From positions 32,001-96,000 of the forward strand of contig JBGSRK010000005.1 in NCBI GenBank assembly GCA_041737595.1: DNA of 64,000 bases, in the 5' to 3' direction. The stretch is from Patescibacteria group bacterium (GTDB taxonomy: Bacteria > Patescibacteriota > CPR2 > UBA1875). The position numbers were made by a program, and so were the translations under genes. The notes beneath the pieces are model-generated. The model made no database searches. It was not told where the DNA came from and saw only the letters and a list, made by a program, of their open reading frames with translations. Shown here piece by piece: positions 42,480 through 53,471 of this stretch (the first letter of the stretch is position 1; the number at the start of each line of letters is the position of its first letter).

Positions 42480-43034
42480 TTATTTTTTGAGAAATATTGC
42501 AACTTTTCTATCTTCAAACTCTCTTGTTTCAATAACTTCTCCACCCTTAACTTTTGGTAATTCAAAACCTATTAAATTAGGATATATTAAAACTGTGATT
42601 CCAGATGGTTTTTGTTTACTAAATACTTCACTAACTACGCTAAAATCATCTTTAGCTTTAACTTCAAAAAAAATTACATCATATTTTTCTTCAAGAAGTT
42701 CATTAATTAATGTGTTTGAAATAAATTCATTTATTGTTTGTGTATATGTAAGTGTTTTAGGGTCAACTCCAACAATTTTTAAATTATTCTCGGTAGCTTT
42801 AATTTCATTTTTTTCAGGATTTACAAATCTACTGATAACTGCACCTCGAGACATAGATTCAATCCCATACATTCCATTTGAATCATTCACATCAAGAACT
42901 TTTGCTTCTAAAATTCGAGTCCCAATAACTGTAAAAATTTCTTCTTTAATAGTTAGGGTACGACAAGAGCGATCTGTACAATTTACGGGTTCTGATAGTA
43001 CTTTACCTTCAAATATCCCTGTTCCTATATGCAT
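42480..43034 (-). CDS. Degenerate RsmD-like protein
   Basis: G.F.GK.L, KE.IF, KVLD, GIESMSRGA, YDVIF; next to recG; SAM and DPPY motifs lost. Confidence 0.65.
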   Translation of the reverse strand: MHIGTGIFEGKVLSEPVNCTDRSCRTLTIKEEIFTVIGTRILEAKVLDVNDSNGMYGIESMSRGAVISRFVNPEKNEIKATENNLKIVGVDPKTLTYTQTINEFISNTLINELLEEKYDVIFFEVKAKDDFSVVSEVFSKQKPSGITVLIYPNLIGFELPKVKGGEVIETREFEDRKVAIFLKK

Positions 43035-43078
43035 ACCAAAATTTTATCACAAACTAAAATGTATTTCTAATAATAATT

Positions 43079-45142
43079 TTATTCAAGTTTAGCTGCAGTT
43101 GAGAATTCTGCGACTTTTTCTAAAAGAATTTGGTTTTCTGAAATATTATTTCCAGATAAATATTTTTCTGCAACATCTCGGATCTTATGAATCGAATCTG
43201 GGTTTTTAATTGCTTCGAGTAATGTATCATCAATTTTCCCTGACTGTTTTATCCCAAGTAACTCTCCTGGTCCACGTATTTCGAGATCGCGTTCAGCAAG
43301 TTCAAAACCATTTTCAGACTTTAAAAGTGCATCAAGCCTTGCCATTGTTATTTCAGAATCAGAATCGGTAAAAAGAAAACAGTATGATTTATGTTCACCT
43401 CTGCCAACCCGTCCTCGAAATTGATGTAATTGTGCAAGACCAAATCTTTCTGCCCCTTCTATTAACATAATGTTTGCATTTGGTATATCAATCCCAACTT
43501 CAATTACTGAGGTTGAAACTAAAATATCTATTTTCCCATCCTTATAATCTTTCATTACTTTTTCTTTTTCTTCAGTTTTTAACCGACCATGGACAAGCCC
43601 AACTTTGCGATGTTTAAAAATACCCTCTGATAATCTTTTGGCCTCTTCTTCCGCGGACTTTACGCCTAACTTATCTGATGCGGAAACAAGGGGACAAATA
43701 ACAAATACCTGTCTGCCTTTTTCAATTTGCTCATCAATAAATTTATAACCATCTCTTCTTTTTTCTGGTGCTATTAAAAATGTTGATACTTTTTCTCTAC
43801 CTTGTGGCATCTCTGTTAAAGTTGAAATCTCAAGATCTCCAAAAACAGTAATCGCGAGAGTCCGGGGTATTGGTGTTGCACTCATTGAAAGAAAATGTGG
43901 AGTTATCCCATTTTCATTTATTTTTTTTAAGACTTCTCTTTGTTCCACACCAAAACGATGTTGTTCATCTACAACAACTAGACCTAGTGTCCAAAATTTT
44001 ATATCAGGAGATAATAGAGCATGTGTTCCAATTATTATCTGAGTCTCCCCTTCTTTTAAATTTTTTAGTATCTCTTTTTTTTCTGACTCTTTTTGAGCCC
44101 CAATAAAAAGATCAATTTTAATTTCAAACTTACCTAATAATTTTTTAAAACTCTCAAAATGTTGGCGAGCGAGTATTTCTGTTGGGGCAAGAATTACTGT
44201 TTGATAACCTTTTTTTGCTACCATTAAAGCTGGCATTGCGCATACAACTGTTTTCCCGCTCCCAACATCACCTTCCAGTAAACGATTCATTGGATATGTA
44301 CGTGAAATATCTTTTAATATTTGCCATGCTGATTTTCTCTGAGAATCAGTAAGAGTAAACTCTAAACTTTCAACAAACTCTTTTCCAATTTTTTCGTCAT
44401 AATCTATGACAATCGATTTATTTTTTTCTGTTTCTTTTTTATTAGAAAGAACGGCACAAAAAAGACAGAAAAAGTTATCATAAAACATTCTTTTTTGAGC
44501 TTTTTTAAGTTCATCAAAATTCTCAGGATAGTGCATAGTTCTTATTGCTGCAGAGAGCTCAATTAAATCAAGATCGTCTTTTACTGACTCTGGCAAATGA
44601 TCCTTTATACCATATACAAGTTTTGCAAGACCAGCAATTTTTTGACGAAGCCATTTAGAATTTAGGCCATCTGTTTCAGAATATACGGGAATAATTTTAC
44701 CTACATGTCGAAGATCTTCGATAGTTCCCTCTTCATGTACTTTTTCAAAAACTGGCGATACAAAAGAAGCACCTGTAAAACTAAATTCTAAGGTACCAGC
44801 TAAAAATATTTCTTCACCTTTTTCTAGACTTTTTTCTAACCAAGGTTGGTTAAACCAAACCGCCTTACATGTTCCCGTGTCATCAGTAATTATTGCCTCT
44901 GTAACAGGGGTTCCTTTCCGAGATTTTTTAGTATTAATTTCCCAAATAACACCTTTGACAGAAACTGCTTCACCAACTTTAATGTTAGAAATAGGTGTGA
45001 TTTTAGAAAAATCATCCCAGCGACGTGGAAAATAAAAAAGAAGATCACGTATTGTATTAATACCTAATTTTTCGAGTTTTTTTAAATATGAAGGACCTAC
45101 CCCATCAAGATCTGAAATTTTTGAATTTAAGTTTACTGTCAT
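43079..45142 (-). CDS. recG: ATP-dependent DNA helicase RecG
   Basis: GDVGSGKT, DEQHRFG, SATPIPR, QLHQFRGRVGRG. Confidence 0.97.
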   Translation of the reverse strand: MTVNLNSKISDLDGVGPSYLKKLEKLGINTIRDLLFYFPRRWDDFSKITPISNIKVGEAVSVKGVIWEINTKKSRKGTPVTEAIITDDTGTCKAVWFNQPWLEKSLEKGEEIFLAGTLEFSFTGASFVSPVFEKVHEEGTIEDLRHVGKIIPVYSETDGLNSKWLRQKIAGLAKLVYGIKDHLPESVKDDLDLIELSAAIRTMHYPENFDELKKAQKRMFYDNFFCLFCAVLSNKKETEKNKSIVIDYDEKIGKEFVESLEFTLTDSQRKSAWQILKDISRTYPMNRLLEGDVGSGKTVVCAMPALMVAKKGYQTVILAPTEILARQHFESFKKLLGKFEIKIDLFIGAQKESEKKEILKNLKEGETQIIIGTHALLSPDIKFWTLGLVVVDEQHRFGVEQREVLKKINENGITPHFLSMSATPIPRTLAITVFGDLEISTLTEMPQGREKVSTFLIAPEKRRDGYKFIDEQIEKGRQVFVICPLVSASDKLGVKSAEEEAKRLSEGIFKHRKVGLVHGRLKTEEKEKVMKDYKDGKIDILVSTSVIEVGIDIPNANIMLIEGAERFGLAQLHQFRGRVGRGEHKSYCFLFTDSDSEITMARLDALLKSENGFELAERDLEIRGPGELLGIKQSGKIDDTLLEAIKNPDSIHKIRDVAEKYLSGNNISENQILLEKVAEFSTAAKLE

Positions 45143-45189
45143 AAGAACACTCTATCACAGTATAATTTCTCAAAAAAGAATACTGTGAT

Positions 45190-45531
45190 TTATTTTATTG
45201 AAAGAGTATAAGTAGAACCATTTGTAGAATAACCTAAACTATCTGTACAGATATCAAATTCAGTTCTTTCAGGAAATTGAGAATCTGTAATTTCATTTAA
45301 ATAATTTGGGTAGCTACCAGTATCTTCCTTATATTTTATAATTGCTTTTTCAGTCTCTATTAAATATTCGTTTGTACAATCTTTTTTAGCTGTTTCCATA
45401 GAAGAAGTTGCTAAAAAACCAGTGCCTATCATTAATATAATCCCAACTATAAATAATATGATAGGAATTAATATTACCAAAAAAATAATTAATACAATTT
45501 TTTTATCGTTTTTATTTTTTTTATTTTTCAC
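45190..45531 (-). CDS. Small TM protein with GspG/pilin-like segment
   Basis: Long hydrophobic helix then AIIKYKEDTGSYP..L; two Cys. Confidence 0.5.
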   Translation of the reverse strand: MKNKKNKNDKKIVLIIFLVILIPIILFIVGIILMIGTGFLATSSMETAKKDCTNEYLIETEKAIIKYKEDTGSYPNYLNEITDSQFPERTEFDICTDSLGYSTNGSTYTLSIK

Positions 45532-45541
45532 TTTTATAAAC

Positions 45542-46735
45542 TTATTTAACTTTTACAAACTTTCTTTTACCAACTTGGATAATCATTCCTGAATGAGGTT
45601 CTATGACGGCTTCACGATCTGATATTTGCGCCCCATCAACCTTGACACCCCCTTGTTCAAGCAAACGTCTTGCTTCTGATTTAGAGGAAGCAAGTTTTGC
45701 ATCAACTAAAATATTTCTTAGATACATTGTCGCTTTTTTTAATTTAACAACAGGTATATCATCAGGTACTTCTTTTTTCACAAATTGCCTTTCAAAGCTT
45801 TCTTGAGCTTTTTTTGCAAAACTATCATTGTAATAAATTTTTACAAGTTCATATGCTAGTTTTGCTTTAATATTTCTTGGATTCTCACCTTTTATCATCT
45901 GTTTTTCAAATTTTTTAATATCAGAAACTGGAATATATGTCGCAAGTTCCATATAAGGAATAATAAGCTCATCTTTTACAGACATCGCTTTGCCGTACAT
46001 TTCATTTGGTTCATCTTTAATCCCAATAACGTTGTCATAACTTTTTGACATCTTCCGACCATCAGAACCTTCTAATAGTTTTATTGTCATAACCATTTGG
46101 GTTTTATTTTTAAGCGATTTCATTAAGTTACGACCTTGGAGCATATTAAATGTTTGATCTGTGCCCCCTATTTGCATATCAGCATCTAAAAATACAGCAT
46201 CATAACCCTGAATTACTGGATAAATAAATTCATGTAAAGAAATAGGTTTTTTTTCTTGGATCCTTTTTTGATACATATCACGTTCTAAAAGTTGTTGAAC
46301 TGTAAAACGACTTGATAATTCTAAAACATCTTTAAACGTGAGTTTGTCATTCCACTCACTATTAAATCGTACTTCTGCTGCATTATTACCAGAAAAATTA
46401 AGAAAAAATGATACCTGTTTCTTATAATCTTTAGCATTTTTTAAAACTTGTTCTCTTGTTAATGGTTGTCTTACAGCATTTCTATCAGTTGGATCGCCAA
46501 TCATCCCCGTAAAATCACCTATTAAAAATATAATCTTGTGACCAAGTTTTTGTAATAATTGTAATTTTCGTAAACACACAGCATGTCCAATATGGATTTC
46601 TGAACCAGACGGGTCTACCCCATAATATATTTTCAATTTTTTAGTAGAATTCAGGACCTTTTCAACTTCTGCCTTAATATATAATTCTTCTGTCCCTCGA
46701 GTCAGTATTTCTTTAATCATATCTGATTTATTCAA
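45542..46735 (-). CDS. tyrS: Tyrosine--tRNA ligase
   Basis: HIGH, KMSKS, GGTDQ, C-terminal S4 domain. Confidence 0.97.
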   Translation of the reverse strand: MNKSDMIKEILTRGTEELYIKAEVEKVLNSTKKLKIYYGVDPSGSEIHIGHAVCLRKLQLLQKLGHKIIFLIGDFTGMIGDPTDRNAVRQPLTREQVLKNAKDYKKQVSFFLNFSGNNAAEVRFNSEWNDKLTFKDVLELSSRFTVQQLLERDMYQKRIQEKKPISLHEFIYPVIQGYDAVFLDADMQIGGTDQTFNMLQGRNLMKSLKNKTQMVMTIKLLEGSDGRKMSKSYDNVIGIKDEPNEMYGKAMSVKDELIIPYMELATYIPVSDIKKFEKQMIKGENPRNIKAKLAYELVKIYYNDSFAKKAQESFERQFVKKEVPDDIPVVKLKKATMYLRNILVDAKLASSKSEARRLLEQGGVKVDGAQISDREAVIEPHSGMIIQVGKRKFVKVK

Positions 46736-46829
46736 ACTAGCTCCTTAACATATTAGTATCTTATTTTTTTATAATCTTACTTTACATTATAGCCTTATTT
46801 CGATATAATTCAAACGTTAAAAGAATAAA

Positions 46830-49445
46830 TTGGCAATGCCGTTAAGATATAAAAACGCAAAAAGACATTTAAAAAGGGGCACTAATAAACCTGGTTTTAG
46901 ACGTTCCACAGTTTCTTCTAGTCGAAAAAACCATAAGTTTTCTTTTTCTGATTTAAAACCTAAAACAGTTATTGGAAATGTAAAAAAGCTATTTACTACT
47001 AAGGAAGGGCTTAAAAAACTTGGGACCTTTGCTGTTATTGGCCTTGCTGTTGTGGTTGGGCTTTTTGGTTGGTATGCAAAAGACTTACCTACTCCAAATA
47101 AAATCAATAGCCGAATTTCGGCCCAAACAACACAAATATTTGATAGAAATGGAAAACTTTTATATGAAATGCATGGCGATAAAAATCGTATTTTAGTTGA
47201 ATTTGATGAAATCCCAGAAAATGTAAAAAATGCTACTGTAGCAGTAGAAGACAAAAACTTTTATAAACATGGTGGGTTTTCTGGAACACGTATTTTAGGT
47301 GCAGCTTTTTATAATTTACTTGCAGGGGGCAAAATTACCCAAGGTGGATCTACTATAACTCAACAATTTGTTAAAAATGCCCTTCTAACAAATGAACAAA
47401 GATATTCTCGAAAAATAAAAGAACTTATACTTTCGATTGAAATTGAAAGTATGTATAAAAAAGACGATATATTAAAAATGTACCTAAATGAGATACCGTA
47501 CGGTTCAAATGCATATGGGATTAAGGTTGCTGCAAAAACATATTTTGATAAGGATTTAAAAGATTTAACTCTTGAAGAGTCAGCAGTTCTTGCTGCTCTC
47601 CCACAAGCACCAACATATTATTCACCATTTGGTAGTAATAAAGATGCCTTGTTAGTACGAAAAGATGTAATTATTAATTTAATGGCCGATCAGAAATACA
47701 TTACTAAGAAAGAAGCCGAAGAAGCAAAAAAGAAAGAAATAGTATTTTCCAACAACCCATATGGTTCGATAACAGCCCCTCATTTTGTTATGTTCGCCCG
47801 TGAAAAATTAGTAGAAAAATATGGGGAACAGATGGCTGCTGAGGGTGGATTAAAAGTCTATACTTCACTTGATTTAGATATGCAACTTGCAGCAGAAAAA
47901 GCAGTAAAAGAAGGAGCTGACAAAGTTATTAAATATGGCGGTTCTAATGCGGCACTAGTTTCAATTGATCCTAAAACTGGCCAAATACTTGCTATGGTAG
48001 GAAGCCGAGATTTCTTTAACCAAGATATTGATGGCAATGTAAATGTTACAACAATGGCAAGACAACCAGGTTCTTCGTTTAAACCATATGCTTATGCAAC
48101 TTCATGGAAGAAAACAAATTGGGGGCCAGGAAGTACTTTATATGATTTTAAAACTGACTTTGGTGGAGGTTATATCCCCTCTAATTATGATGGGAAAGAT
48201 CACGGGGTTCAATCAATGAGAACTGCCCTTGATGGTTCATTAAATATCCCAGCCGTAAAAGCACTATATATTGCTGGAATGGACGAGACGCTAAAAACAG
48301 TTTCAGAAATGGGTATTTCAACATTAAATGACCCTTCTAAATATGGCCTTTCACTTGTACTAGGGGCTGGGGAAGTTAAACCAGTTGAACATGCTGCTGC
48401 TTTTGGTGTATTTGGGAATGGTGGTATAAAACAAGAGCAATCATGGTTTGTTAAAATTGAGGATGCAAAAGGTAAAACCCTTGATGAGTATAAACAGAAA
48501 CCGGGCAAACAAGTAATTGATCCGCAAATTGCATATCTTATGTCAAATGTCCTTTCAGATAATAATGCAAGGGCATATGTATTTGGGAGTAGAAACTCTT
48601 TAACACTCCCAGATAGACCAGTAGCTGCAAAAACTGGGACAACAAATGATTTTAAAGATGCTTGGACCGTTGGTTTTACTCCTCAGGTTTCTACTGCTGT
48701 TTGGGTCGGGAATAATGACGGCACTCCAATGAAAAGAAGTGCAGATGGTTCAATTGTTGCAGCCCCTATTTGGCAGAATTATATGAAGGCAGTTACAGCA
48801 AAGATGCCAAAAGAAGAATTTAAGCGTCCATCTGGCATCAAAACAGTTACGATTGACGCAATCACTGGAAGAAAAGTTACTTCTGCAACAAAACAAACAA
48901 GAACAGATCTATTCCCTTCTTGGTACAAAACACCTAATGTTAATGGACAAGCACAGGAAATAAAAATTGATAAATCATCAGGAAAACTGGCAACTGATAA
49001 ATGCCCCGCAGAATTAATTGAAACTCGTATATATTCGCCCATAACTGCTGAAATTCCATCAACAGATCCATCTTTCGCACGCTGGAATGCCCCTGTACAA
49101 AAATGGGCAGTATCACAAGGGTATTCAACAGATATGGGTGGTATCCCAACAGAGGCTTGCGATATTCATACTGGGGCGGATCTTCCCACTCTTTCAATTA
49201 CATATCCTGGCGACGGAGATACAGTTGCAAAAGATTTCACAGCCCAAATGACCATTCAAACTCCAGCCGGTTTTTATAGCGCCACTTTTACTATTGCAGG
49301 GAAAACATATACTGCAAAAACAAACGGGTCTTTTTATGAAGCAAATATTTCCATTACAACTGCTGGCGAATATGAACTTACAGCAACCGTTAAAGATAGT
49401 AAGTCACAAACAGTTACTAAAAAAGTTAAAATCAAAGTTCTTTAA
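46830..49445 (+). CDS. Class A penicillin-binding protein (PBP1A family) with C-terminal Ig-like domain
   Basis: EDKNF..H.G, GGSTITQQ, SSFK, SLN, KTG. Confidence 0.95.
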   Translation: MAMPLRYKNAKRHLKRGTNKPGFRRSTVSSSRKNHKFSFSDLKPKTVIGNVKKLFTTKEGLKKLGTFAVIGLAVVVGLFGWYAKDLPTPNKINSRISAQTTQIFDRNGKLLYEMHGDKNRILVEFDEIPENVKNATVAVEDKNFYKHGGFSGTRILGAAFYNLLAGGKITQGGSTITQQFVKNALLTNEQRYSRKIKELILSIEIESMYKKDDILKMYLNEIPYGSNAYGIKVAAKTYFDKDLKDLTLEESAVLAALPQAPTYYSPFGSNKDALLVRKDVIINLMADQKYITKKEAEEAKKKEIVFSNNPYGSITAPHFVMFAREKLVEKYGEQMAAEGGLKVYTSLDLDMQLAAEKAVKEGADKVIKYGGSNAALVSIDPKTGQILAMVGSRDFFNQDIDGNVNVTTMARQPGSSFKPYAYATSWKKTNWGPGSTLYDFKTDFGGGYIPSNYDGKDHGVQSMRTALDGSLNIPAVKALYIAGMDETLKTVSEMGISTLNDPSKYGLSLVLGAGEVKPVEHAAAFGVFGNGGIKQEQSWFVKIEDAKGKTLDEYKQKPGKQVIDPQIAYLMSNVLSDNNARAYVFGSRNSLTLPDRPVAAKTGTTNDFKDAWTVGFTPQVSTAVWVGNNDGTPMKRSADGSIVAAPIWQNYMKAVTAKMPKEEFKRPSGIKTVTIDAITGRKVTSATKQTRTDLFPSWYKTPNVNGQAQEIKIDKSSGKLATDKCPAELIETRIYSPITAEIPSTDPSFARWNAPVQKWAVSQGYSTDMGGIPTEACDIHTGADLPTLSITYPGDGDTVAKDFTAQMTIQTPAGFYSATFTIAGKTYTAKTNGSFYEANISITTAGEYELTATVKDSKSQTVTKKVKIKVL

Positions 49446-50297
49446 TTAAAAACCTATATATTTTATTTCTTCTTCTAGTACTATTTTAAACTCTTTTTTT
49501 ACTTTATTTTTTATTATTTTAGAAATATCTATTATATCTTTAGCTTTTGCCCCATCTGAATTAATTATAAAATTACCATGTTTTTCAGAAACTATAGCCC
49601 CGCCAATTTTTAATCCTTTTAATCCACATTTATCAATTAACTCCCCCGCTGAATAACCTTCTGGATTTTTAAAAAATGACCCACATGAAAAACCAATTGG
49701 TTGTTTTTCAATTCTTTTTTTTATAAATAATTTTATTTTTTCTTGAATTTTTTCTATATCATTTTTTTGAAGATTAAAATTAGCTGAAAGAATAATTATG
49801 TTCTCTAAATTACTTTTTCGATATTCAAATTTTATTTTATTTTTTTTAATATTTTTTACTTTTTTATTTTTTATATCATAAACTCTTATTGATATAAGAT
49901 TATCAGAAATTTCATATCCCCAAGCCCCTGCACTACCAACTATTGCTGCACCAACTGTCCCTGGTATTCCACAAAGACCTTCAAAGCCAGAAAAACCATC
50001 TCGGGCGAGTTTATTTACCATTGCTACTAAGGAGTATCCAGAGCCAATAGTTAATTTATCCTCTAAAATTTTAAAACTGCATAATTTATTTATAATTGTA
50101 AGACCCGAAAAACCATTATCTGAAACTAAAACATTACTCCCCTTTCCCAAAACAACCCAAGGAATATTTTTTTTTGATGCAAATTTGATTGCATCTATTA
50201 ATTCAGCTTCAGTTTCTACAATTGTTAAATAATCGGCAGGACCACCAATTTTGTATGAAGTGAATTTTGAGAGTTTAATGTTTTTATTTATTTTCAT
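49446..50297 (-). CDS. murB: UDP-N-acetylenolpyruvoylglucosamine reductase
   Basis: IGGPA, LGKGSNVL, GIPGTVG, GSFFKNP, KHGNFI. Confidence 0.95.
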   Translation of the reverse strand: MKINKNIKLSKFTSYKIGGPADYLTIVETEAELIDAIKFASKKNIPWVVLGKGSNVLVSDNGFSGLTIINKLCSFKILEDKLTIGSGYSLVAMVNKLARDGFSGFEGLCGIPGTVGAAIVGSAGAWGYEISDNLISIRVYDIKNKKVKNIKKNKIKFEYRKSNLENIIILSANFNLQKNDIEKIQEKIKLFIKKRIEKQPIGFSCGSFFKNPEGYSAGELIDKCGLKGLKIGGAIVSEKHGNFIINSDGAKAKDIIDISKIIKNKVKKEFKIVLEEEIKYIGF

Positions 50298-51267
50298 TTT
50301 TTAAAGTAGCAAAATACATCTTCCCAGCAGTAGTTTGAAGAACCCTTTTTATTGTCACATTAACGGTTTTCCCTACAAGAATATCCCCTCTTTCTACCAC
50401 TATCATTGTTCCATCGGGCAGATATGCAACTCCTTGATTTTTTTCTTTTCCCGCTTGAATAATTTTTAATTCCATATCCTCACCAGGGATAATATTTGGT
50501 CTTAAGGCCTGTGATAATTCATTAATATTTAGAACCGTAACATTTTCAACTTTAGCAACTTTGTTTAAATTAAAATCAGTCGTAAGCACACTTGCCTTTT
50601 TAAATTTTGCCAAATGAATCAACTTCATATCAACGGGGTCATCCGGAGAAACATCTTCGTTTACAGTTTCAACTTTCAGGTGTTTTTTTAATTCTGAGAG
50701 CACATCAAGCCCTCTTCTTCCTTTTGCGCGACGCATTGGATTCTCACTATCTGCAATATTCTGTAATTCAGAAAGAATAAATTTAGGTACTGTAATCCTT
50801 CCGGGAACAAAACCAGCAGCTGCAATATCTGATATTCGGCCATCAATCAAAACTGAGGTATCTACAAGAATCTCTTTTTCTTTAATTTTACTTTTTAATT
50901 TTATGTTTTCTTTGTGGGGTAATTGAGGTTTAAGATTAAGAATAATATGTAGCGCCTTGCCAAAAGTATTTATAGTGTTTTCTATTATGTTTTTTCTTGT
51001 GTAAAAAATCCAAATTGAATAAATAACAGAAAGTATATAAAAAACTAAAGGCATCCAGGTACCGTAAATACCAGGAAGCCTTGAGAGTGGCAGATATGCT
51101 AAAGAACCAACAAGTAATCCAACTATTGTGGCAAAAATATTAATAAATAATGTATTTGTTTTAAGATGCGAGAGTCTTGCGACTAATAAGGCTATAACAA
51201 ATGCTAGCCCAGCCGAGATAAAGACGAAAAGATAAATGCTTTCCATGATAAATCCTCCTCCAAACAA
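50284..51267 (-). CDS. PIN/TRAM membrane protein (YacL family)
   Basis: DTSVLIDGRI, GRRGLD, TDFNLNKVA, YLPDGTMIVVE. Confidence 0.92.
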   Translation of the reverse strand: MFGGGFIMESIYLFVFISAGLAFVIALLVARLSHLKTNTLFINIFATIVGLLVGSLAYLPLSRLPGIYGTWMPLVFYILSVIYSIWIFYTRKNIIENTINTFGKALHIILNLKPQLPHKENIKLKSKIKEKEILVDTSVLIDGRISDIAAAGFVPGRITVPKFILSELQNIADSENPMRRAKGRRGLDVLSELKKHLKVETVNEDVSPDDPVDMKLIHLAKFKKASVLTTDFNLNKVAKVENVTVLNINELSQALRPNIIPGEDMELKIIQAGKEKNQGVAYLPDGTMIVVERGDILVGKTVNVTIKRVLQTTAGKMYFATLKNENK

Positions 51268-51373
51268 GTTTGGATAATTTTAAATTTTAAGTTCTAGAAT
51301 TCTAAATAATTTTAAATTTCAAAATCTTATAATTTTAGATTTATTTTTTGTTTTAAAATTTAGAATTGACTTT

Positions 51374-52705
51374 TTAAAGTACTTTGTCTATCGCTTCTTT
51401 TACAGTTGCGACAGTAATTATGTTAAGCCCTTTTTGGGCAATTGTTTTTGACTTTGGTACGATTGCAGTTTTAAAACCAAGTTTAACAGCTTCTGCAATT
51501 CTCTTATCTATATTATTAACCGAACGGACTTCTCCTGCAAGTCCAACTTCTCCTAATATTATTACATCATCAGGTATATTTTTATTTCGAAAAACTGAAG
51601 CAATAGAAATACAAACAGCAAGATCCGCCGCAGGCTCACGAACAGATATGCCACCTGCAATATTTAAATAAATATCTTGAGTTGATAAATTAAGACCACA
51701 TCTTTTTCCAAGAACTGCAGTAAGTAAATTTAAACGATTTAAATCAAATCCGGAAGATGTTCTTTTTGGGTACCCAAAACTAGTTGAGGACGAAAGTGCT
51801 TGAATTTCAACTAAAAGTGGACGACTACCCTCCATTGCTGGGAAAATTACTGACCCGGGTGATTTATGAGCTCTTTCTGCAATCATTATTTCAGATGGAT
51901 TTTTTACAACCTCCATTCCTGATTCTAGCATTTCAAAAATACCCGTTTCATTTGTTGACCCAAAACGATTTTTAACCCCACGTAATATTCTAAATGAACC
52001 AAATCTATCACCTTCTAAATATAAAACTACATCTACTAAATGTTCTAAAACTCGTGGGCCTGCAATATTCCCATCTTTTGTAACGTGCCCAATTAAAATA
52101 ATTGCAATATGGTTTTCTTTAGCAAGATTCATCAGTTTTGAGGCACATAAAGAAAGCTGGGAGACACTCCCAGAAGTTCCAGGAATATCCGATGAATACA
52201 TGGTCTGGATTGAATCTATTACAACAAATTTTGGTTTATTTTCTAATATAGTAGCGATTACCGTTTCAATATTTGTTTCAGAAAGTAACAAAAGATCATT
52301 ATTTATTTTTAGTCTTTGGGCTCGCATCTGAATTTGTCTTTCTGACTCTTCCCCTGAAATATATAGCGTATCTAAAATATTTGAAGCAACTTGTAAGATT
52401 AATGTTGATTTCCCAATTCCTGGATCTCCTCCAACTAAAATAAGTGAACCTGGTACAACTCCACCTCCCAATACTTGATCAAACTCAGGTATCCCACTTA
52501 AAATTCTTTTAATATTACCATCTGAAGAATCTGATAGTTTAGTTACCTCCACAGGTTTTGAACTTGATGTTTTGCGTGGGCCTGAACTTTCTGTTATCTC
52601 TTCAACTAATGTATTCCAACCTCCACAAGCCTCACACTTACCCATCCAACGGGGGTAATTTGTCCCGCAATTTTGACATGAATAAATTGTTTTAATTTTT
52701 GCCAT
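51374..52705 (-). CDS. radA: DNA repair protein RadA/Sms
   Basis: C4 Zn finger, GDPGIGKST, KNRFG. Confidence 0.97.
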   Translation of the reverse strand: MAKIKTIYSCQNCGTNYPRWMGKCEACGGWNTLVEEITESSGPRKTSSSKPVEVTKLSDSSDGNIKRILSGIPEFDQVLGGGVVPGSLILVGGDPGIGKSTLILQVASNILDTLYISGEESERQIQMRAQRLKINNDLLLLSETNIETVIATILENKPKFVVIDSIQTMYSSDIPGTSGSVSQLSLCASKLMNLAKENHIAIILIGHVTKDGNIAGPRVLEHLVDVVLYLEGDRFGSFRILRGVKNRFGSTNETGIFEMLESGMEVVKNPSEIMIAERAHKSPGSVIFPAMEGSRPLLVEIQALSSSTSFGYPKRTSSGFDLNRLNLLTAVLGKRCGLNLSTQDIYLNIAGGISVREPAADLAVCISIASVFRNKNIPDDVIILGEVGLAGEVRSVNNIDKRIAEAVKLGFKTAIVPKSKTIAQKGLNIITVATVKEAIDKVL

Positions 52706-52958
52706 GAGTATACCTAAATATTAATATGACATTTGTTAAAGAAATTGTACCTGCAAAAAGGTTTGTGAAAATTAAAGCTAAATCGTTTAGATGAACCCCA
52801 TAGATAAACCATAAAATATTTGCCATAACTAAAAGAATAAACATAGGGAGTGAAACATCTTTCGCACTTTTATGTTTTACTATTTTATAGACTTGAGGTA
52901 ATGCACTTATTATTACTAAAAAACCGCCAATATATGCAAGTATTTGATATGGATCCAT
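52692..52958 (-). CDS. SemiSWEET/PQ-loop transporter
   Basis: LPQVYK...SAKDVS, LW.IYG, 3 TM. Confidence 0.88.
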   Translation of the reverse strand: MDPYQILAYIGGFLVIISALPQVYKIVKHKSAKDVSLPMFILLVMANILWFIYGVHLNDLALIFTNLFAGTISLTNVILIFRYTHGKN

Positions 52959-53009
52959 AAAACAATTATCAAGTACTCTTAATTGAATTACAAGTGTACA
53001 AAAATAAGG

Positions 53010-53042
53010 CGGACCCCGACGACAATATGTCGAAGGGGTCCG
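53010..53042 (-). terminator. GC-rich 3' hairpin of unit 4
   Basis: CGGACCCC..CGACA/TGTCG..GGGGTCCG. Confidence 0.65.
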
Positions 53043-53141
53043 TTTGGTATCAACTCAGCAGGATTCTCAGGGAGGCCAAGAATTCTTTTCACCCCAGATG
53101 AGGGACTGAGCGACGCCAGAGTATTCAGTTTTTGGGATTGC

Positions 53142-53354
53142 CTAGAACCGTGCGAGTATGCGGAAGAGCTGAAAAGCGAAGAACCCTCCAAAGAGAATTA
53201 TCATCGCAAGCCCTCCGAACAGAAACTCGAACCGTTCTTTACCTTCATTTCTTACGGCGAGGTATATCATGCGAAGGCCGAAACCCAACATGACTACCAT
53301 CCCCGCCCCCAAAAGGGCGGCAAAGACAATCAATTCGTTCACTGATATTTCCAT
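53142..53354 (-). CDS. Small 2-TM membrane protein, 70 aa (unit 4)
   Basis: GAGAGG SD; two hydrophobic helices. Confidence 0.7.
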   Translation of the reverse strand: MEISVNELIVFAALLGAGMVVMLGFGLRMIYLAVRNEGKERFEFLFGGLAMIILFGGFFAFQLFRILARF

Positions 53355-53471
53355 GGTTCTTGCCTCTCTCTTACTACGACTACTAGTGTGATTAATCTAC
53401 GACTTTAGCTTCGTTGCGTACTCCTTTCCGCTTTAGGCGGGGTTGGACACGGCGAGAGACACTCGACCAAT

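Noticed and set aside
51270-51372. AT-rich quasi-repeats between radA and yacL
   Set aside because: Low complexity; no regular unit or CRISPR spacing
53064-53144. Possible TAG readthrough extending the unit 4 ORF
   Set aside because: TAG and TGA are ordinary stops in conserved genes here, and the region is better explained as a pairing 3' UTR
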